A stretch of DNA of 61,548 nucleotides, the filler included. It is 10 parts of 10 records of this genome, joined end to end, with 100 filler letters (N's around TTAATTAATTAA, not from the genome) between each part and the next. Parts side by side here need not be neighbours in the genome. Positions count along the whole stretch, not along the records: positions 43,116 to 56,633 come from SRR7504441_15340; positions 56,734 to 61,548 come from SRR7504441_15440; 8 more parts are not named here. One strand, 5' to 3'. Shown here piece by piece: positions 56,331-61,548 of this stretch (position 1 is its first letter; every line of letters starts with the position of its first letter). The position numbers were made by a program, and so were the translations under genes. The notes under the pieces are model-generated. The model did not search any database and was not told the origin of the DNA. It saw nothing but the letters and a program-made list of their open reading frames with translations.

Positions 56331-56633
56331 ACGTTTGCATCGCCAATGCATGATTACTTTGCACAAGTAATCTCAATCAATCAAAGGCTTTTCATTGCCA
56401 TGATAGATATAATTGGCAGCCACGACACTTAAGGTGGGGATGCAGGTAGCACAAACAAGTCCACACGGTGGTGTGATTGTAGGTGAGCAAACAAATTAAA
56501 GTTTGCATCTCGTGCCTTAGCAAGTAGTTTTTTTTAAAACTCGGGGACAGCTTTTTTTTTTTTGACTCGGAAACAGCTTTATTCTAGTAAAGGTCCCACT
56601 GAGGGACTGGCAACGGAAGAAATGGCCGTTTCT

Positions 56634-56733
56634 NNNNNNNNNNNNNNNNNNNNNNNNNNNNNNNNNNNNNNNNNNNNTTAATTAATTAANNNNNNNNNNN
56701 NNNNNNNNNNNNNNNNNNNNNNNNNNNNNNNNN
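56634..56733. other. Artificial contig linker
   Basis: N/TTAATTAATTAA/N. Confidence 0.99.
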
Positions 56734-56899
56734 CGGCATGTACAGTCGTGTGTTAGGTGCACGTCCAAGTGGCGAAACGGACAGACGGAATCAGCTGTCC
56801 ATCAAGCAACGGAAAATCAACGGAAGACCTCGACGAAGCCACCAAGTGAACCACGAGGCCGGGGAGGGCACGCTGTGTTAAAGCGGCTAGAGAGCGGCC

Positions 56900-59800
56900 A
56901 TGTCATCGATCGACGTGCGTGCTGGGCCGCTGGCCCGGGCTCCTTACCCGAGCTGTCTTGTATGCAGAAGATGATGATATCGGGGGTCCGCTCTTTCGGG
57001 GCCGACAACCCGCAGGTGACTGCCCCGTGGGCTGCCGCTGTGGGCTCCCGGGCTCGGGGCGCCAGCCACCAGACGGCAGGTGATCGAGCTGTTCCGGCCA
57101 CTGACCATCATCGTCGGGCACAACGGCGCCGGCAAGACGGTGCGCCCTCTGCCACGTCGGGCGGCTGCAGCTGTGCTGCAGAGCATTATCGAATCACTCA
57201 AGTTCGCGACCACAGGGCTGCTGCCGCCGAACAGCGGGCAGGGCAAGATGTTTGTGAACGACCCCAAACTCGAGCAGGAGACCACCACCAAAGCTCAGAT
57301 CAAGATCAAATTCAAGAGCACCGGTGGGCACCCGATCGTGTGCACTCGGCAGATGGCTGTCACTCAAAAGAAGACTGCGCTGAGCTACAGCGGCGGGGAC
57401 ACGGTGCTGCAGTCGGTCAATGCCGCCAAACAGAAGGTGTGCATCAGCAACCGCGCGCAGGATATCAATGTCAAGATTCCGGAGCTAATGGGCGTCTCTC
57501 GGTCGATCCTCGAGAACGTCGTCTTCTGCCACCAAGAGGATTCGAACTGGCCACTGGCCGACGCCAAGACACTAAAGTCCAAGTTCGACGAGATTTTCGC
57601 CGCGGCGCGCTACACCAAGGCCCTCGAGACGATGCGGAAGCAGACCACGGAGCTTGCTGCGACTCACAAAGGTTTCCTCAAAGAGCTGCAGCTGCTCAGC
57701 GAAAATGCCGAGGTGGCAAGCCGGGCTGGGCCGGGGCTCACAATACGACAGGCGTGCCAGGACGTAAAGAAGAAGATGCGCGAGACTAAAATCAAAATAG
57801 AGAAGAACGAGACGAAGAGGAAGGACATCGGCGAGAAACTGGAGAAGAACATCAAGATCCTGAGCCATGCCGAGGGCCTGGGCGGCAAAGTGCACGAGCT
57901 CAAGACCGCGCTGCAGTATGAGATGCAGAAGCTTAGCCAGTGTAACTCCGAGTTGGAGCGAGAGAAGGCGGCGACCAAGACAGTAGTCAGTGCCTCGATT
58001 GAGAAACTGCAGGAGAAGCTCAACAACATTCAGGTCGAATTCGAAGCCAGTGGGCGGGGCATCGAGGCAGTTGACACAGCGATCGAAAAGGCCGAGCTCG
58101 AGGTGGCCACGATTGAGAGTCAGAAGGACAGTCTGATTGACAAAAAGAGCGTTTTACAGTCTCAGGTTAGTATCTCCAGCCGTCGGAATGCTAACCAGCG
58201 TGGGCCCAGGTGCTAGCGCACGAGAGCAAGACCAGGCAGTGCGGCGAGCTGATTGATTTCCTGGGCAAGAAATATCGGTTGAAGAAGCAGCCGAGCAACA
58301 GCACTCCCAAGCAGAGCTTGACACAGGTCCACCGACAGCTGGATGCTAAGCGCTCTCAGAAAGAAGATGAATTCCAAAACCTCAAGGAGGAGGGCAAAGC
58401 CAAGGTCGAATCTGTGTTTAGTGCGATGAAGGATCAGGAGGCTCAGTGTGGCCAAAACGAGCACTTGCTTGCTGCAAAGACACAAGAGCAGGGCTCACTG
58501 GCTCAGAAGGTGCGCGCAGTGCGGTGTACGAGTGATTTGCTAATCTGCATCTGATTACAGGTGCAGGAGGACGAAGATAAGTGGCGCGAGGCGCAGAAAG
58601 CCCAGGCAGGGTTTGATGATTTGGACAATGCCCAAGCCAAGGCTAAAGAGGCCGAGCAGGCTCTGAACAATTTCAAGAGTCAGGTATTGAATGCTGGATT
58701 GGCTAGCCAGTGTACTAACGCTAGACGAGACCTGAAAGCAGCCATGGCAAAGAAGGAGCGGTGCACTGAGGAGCTGCAAGAGATGACCAAGACTAATGCC
58801 ATGGCGAGGATGAAGGCTGCAGAGCTCAAACAAAAGAAGAAGACACTTTCAGATCTTGAGACCAAGATAAAGGATGATGTTGTCACCATTATTGGGTATG
58901 TTCCAGACTCGAAACATATGCTGCGCAATGTGACTGAGAAAGTGCGTAGCTTTGGCGAGGAGCGGCTTGCAGCGGAGTCGAAGCTGCAGCAGGCAAATGT
59001 GGCTGTTGGCACTCTACAAGGGCAGCATGATGTCACAAGCAAGACACTCAAGTCGTTGCAGCAGACTGTAGAGAGTACCAAGGCTCAACTGGCTGCTATG
59101 GATGCCACCAACAAACATGATCTCGACGACGCGATTGCTGAAGCCAAGGATCAGGTCGAGGCAGAAAGCAAGAATAAGAAGATGTTCCTAGATTTTATCA
59201 CTGTTGCAGGTTCAATGAAGAAGCAGATGAAAAAGAACAAAATCTGCAAGATGTGCGGCAGAGATTGTGGTCCAAAAGAAATCCAATATCTGGATGAGCA
59301 GGTGGCAATGTGCGAAAGCCAGCTATCAGGTATTATGGACCAGACCGATTCGAAATTGAGTGAGTGTACTGAGAGACTCAAGCAGCTCGAGGATCTGATG
59401 CCTGTGGCACAAAAGCTTGACATGGACCAGACTGAATTGACCCGGCTTAAGAAGGAGGAGCGCGAGGTACAAAAGAACAAGGAGAAGGAGTCACAGAGCA
59501 TTCCAGACCTTGAAGATGATTTGAACAATGCGCAAGACTCAGAACAGCGCGCGATTGATCTTAAAAAGCACGCAGAGCGAATGAACGCACTGTTGAACGA
59601 GATTGCTGCGGACGAAGGTGTGCTGGCAAGAAGTGGTGACAGCGGAGCCAGTCGTGAAGAGCAGCTCACTCGAGAGGTGGATGAGTGCAAGGTGCTAATC
59701 AAATCTTTGGAACAGAGTGTGGAAGAGATGGAGAGAAATCAAAAAGAGGAGTCTCACCGCCTAGAGCAGCTCTCAAAGGCCTTCTCGACTGCACAGCAAA

Positions 59801-61310
59801 ACGCCTCACAGGTGGAAATTCACCAGGCGAATTCTAGTTCTCTGAAAGACAGACTTAGCAGCAACAAAGCCCTACAAACCTCGCTGTCCACAGAAATTGA
59901 AAAACTACGATCGAAAACGATGCCTCTTAAGAAGGAACATGCAACGCTACAGAGGTCAGCTTCTATTTTTTAGCTGCCGTACTCACACCGCTTGTGTGTA
60001 CAGGGACTACAGTGAGATTAAGTCTACCTCGGAGGAGACTGAGCGGAAGGAAAGCGAGCAACTTGCTGATCTGCGTAGCGACGTACGTAAGTGTGCAGAG
60101 ATGAAGAAGGAGCTTGAAGGGTTTTCCAATAACCCAGCTGACGATGTCAAGGAACTCGAGGAGCAGCTAGAGGAGATCAACAAAAGGCAGGAAGGTCTCT
60201 GGGCGGTGGTGAATTCAAACAAGAAGCAGCGGGACGAGCAGAATGGAAAGAAGGTCGAGATGCAGGATAAGATGCAAATGCTTCGCGATAATATTCGACT
60301 GCAGGTGTGCCACTGATTTGCTTTCTCGTGTGTCTGACTCGTAAGCGTGTGATTCAGGATAAATTGAAAGTCGGGAAGGCAGTGGAGCAAACAATCGAAA
60401 AGATGAAGAAAGAGATCGAGGTTTAGCAACATTCTTCCAGTGCACTGAGCTGCTACTGACAGGCCCGCAAAGCTAATCTTGCCGCCTGCCTCCAATCAGG
60501 GGTTACAATCAACTCACTGCAAGAGTCTGTTGATAGTCTGCGAGCAACAATCAACCGGATTGAGGGTGAGAGTGTTGAGTGCAAGAACCAGCTCAAGCAG
60601 CATGAGGAGATACTCAAGAAGCCAACATTTCGCGATATCGACGAAAGAGTGATGCAGAAAAACGTAGAGACTAAGACCACACAGATGGCTACTCGTGACC
60701 TGCAGCGTTACCATTCGGCTTTGGACAAGGCGTTGATGAGGTACCACTCCATGAAGATGGCCGAGATCAACAAGACGCTAACGAGCCTCTGGCAGACAAC
60801 TTATCAAGGGCATGACATTGATACAGTGCAGCTCCGGCACGATGACGAGTCCAAGTCAGCCACTGCGAAGCGAAACTACAATTACCGGTTGGTGTTGGTC
60901 AAGAACAACATCGAGATGGATATGCGTGGGAGGTGCAGTGCTGGGCAGAAGGTGCTAGCAGGACTTATCCTTCGGCTGGCTTTGGCCGAAACGTTCGGGA
61001 CTCAATGTGGCGTGCTCGCATTGGACGAGCCTACGACAAACCTTGATAGTGCGAACATCGAGGCTTTTGCTGAATCGTTGTGTCGTATCATCGACGATAG
61101 GCAAGGCCTGACGTTGATTGCAGAGCACTGACGATTAGGCTGGACAGGTCGCGACAGCACAACTTCCAGCTCATAGTAATCACCCATGACGAAGACTTTG
61201 TTGCCACTCTCAGCAAGTATCAATGCCATGCTGACCACTTTTATCGGGTCAAGAAGGATGAAAACCACCATAGCGTAATCGAGCAGTGTGCCATGATTGA
61301 CCTTGGCTAG
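56900..61310 (+). CDS. RAD50: DNA repair protein RAD50, complete, 9-10 short introns
   Basis: [15 protein letters not shown], Walker [20 protein letters not shown], zinc hook [35 protein letters not shown]; last intron 61101-61147 is GC-AG. Confidence 0.97.
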
Positions 61311-61548
61311 TCGACAGCTGACTCTGAGCTCTTTCTTCACGTTACAACCTTGACTGACAGTCGACACTGATATAATTGAGGCCCGCTCCATATCCTTGCG
61401 TCAAGATAATATGATCATTGTAATGCCGAGTTCGATCATCTAGCGGCAATCATGATAGATTAGAACAAGCGACGGACTAGCCAACATGAGCACTACACTG
61501 CAGCCTAAGCTGCACAACTAGCACTTACAAACCGGTTCATTTGGCTAC

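Noticed and set aside
6781-56733. Nine identical TTAATTAATTAA motifs
   Set aside because: Each is centred in N runs; it is an artificial all-frame-stop linker, not a repeat or CRISPR array.
1-61548. Prokaryotic operon, defence system, prophage, or rRNA/tRNA genes
   Set aside because: The genes are eukaryotic and intron-containing, neighbours are functionally unrelated, and I recognised no structural RNA gene.

Overview
This is eukaryotic DNA: ten short contigs of a compact, GC-rich protist genome joined by nine artificial 100-nt N/TTAATTAATTAA/N linkers, so synteny across linkers means nothing. About 30 genes are present, most split by very short (about 35-60 nt) spliceosomal introns that the ORF track does not model. 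Recognisable genes include RRP5, RAD50, FBPase, cardiolipin synthase, an LKB1-like kinase, a MUG/TDG glycosylase, a NIPA transporter, GH43, pectin acetylesterase, a class 3 lipase, a kinesin, a TBC RabGAP, and LRRC61-, EFCAB10- and PKD2-like genes. The last two point to a flagellated cell; I cannot assign the lineage. Best leads: (1) two near-identical 44-nt introns at unrelated sites of one gene, a candidate intron-copying event; (2) frequent GC-AG introns with degenerate donors; (3) a KDM5-like demethylase with a C-terminal TALE-like homeodomain; (4) an RCC1-repeat/IQGAP-type pseudo-RasGAP fusion; (5) a PKD2-like gene missing S4 through the pore; (6) ten head-to-head gene pairs with 56-194 nt between start codons; (7) a recurrent, mostly non-coding TACATGTA palindrome. 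All splice models were inferred by hand from frame and motif continuity, without RNA data or database searches.
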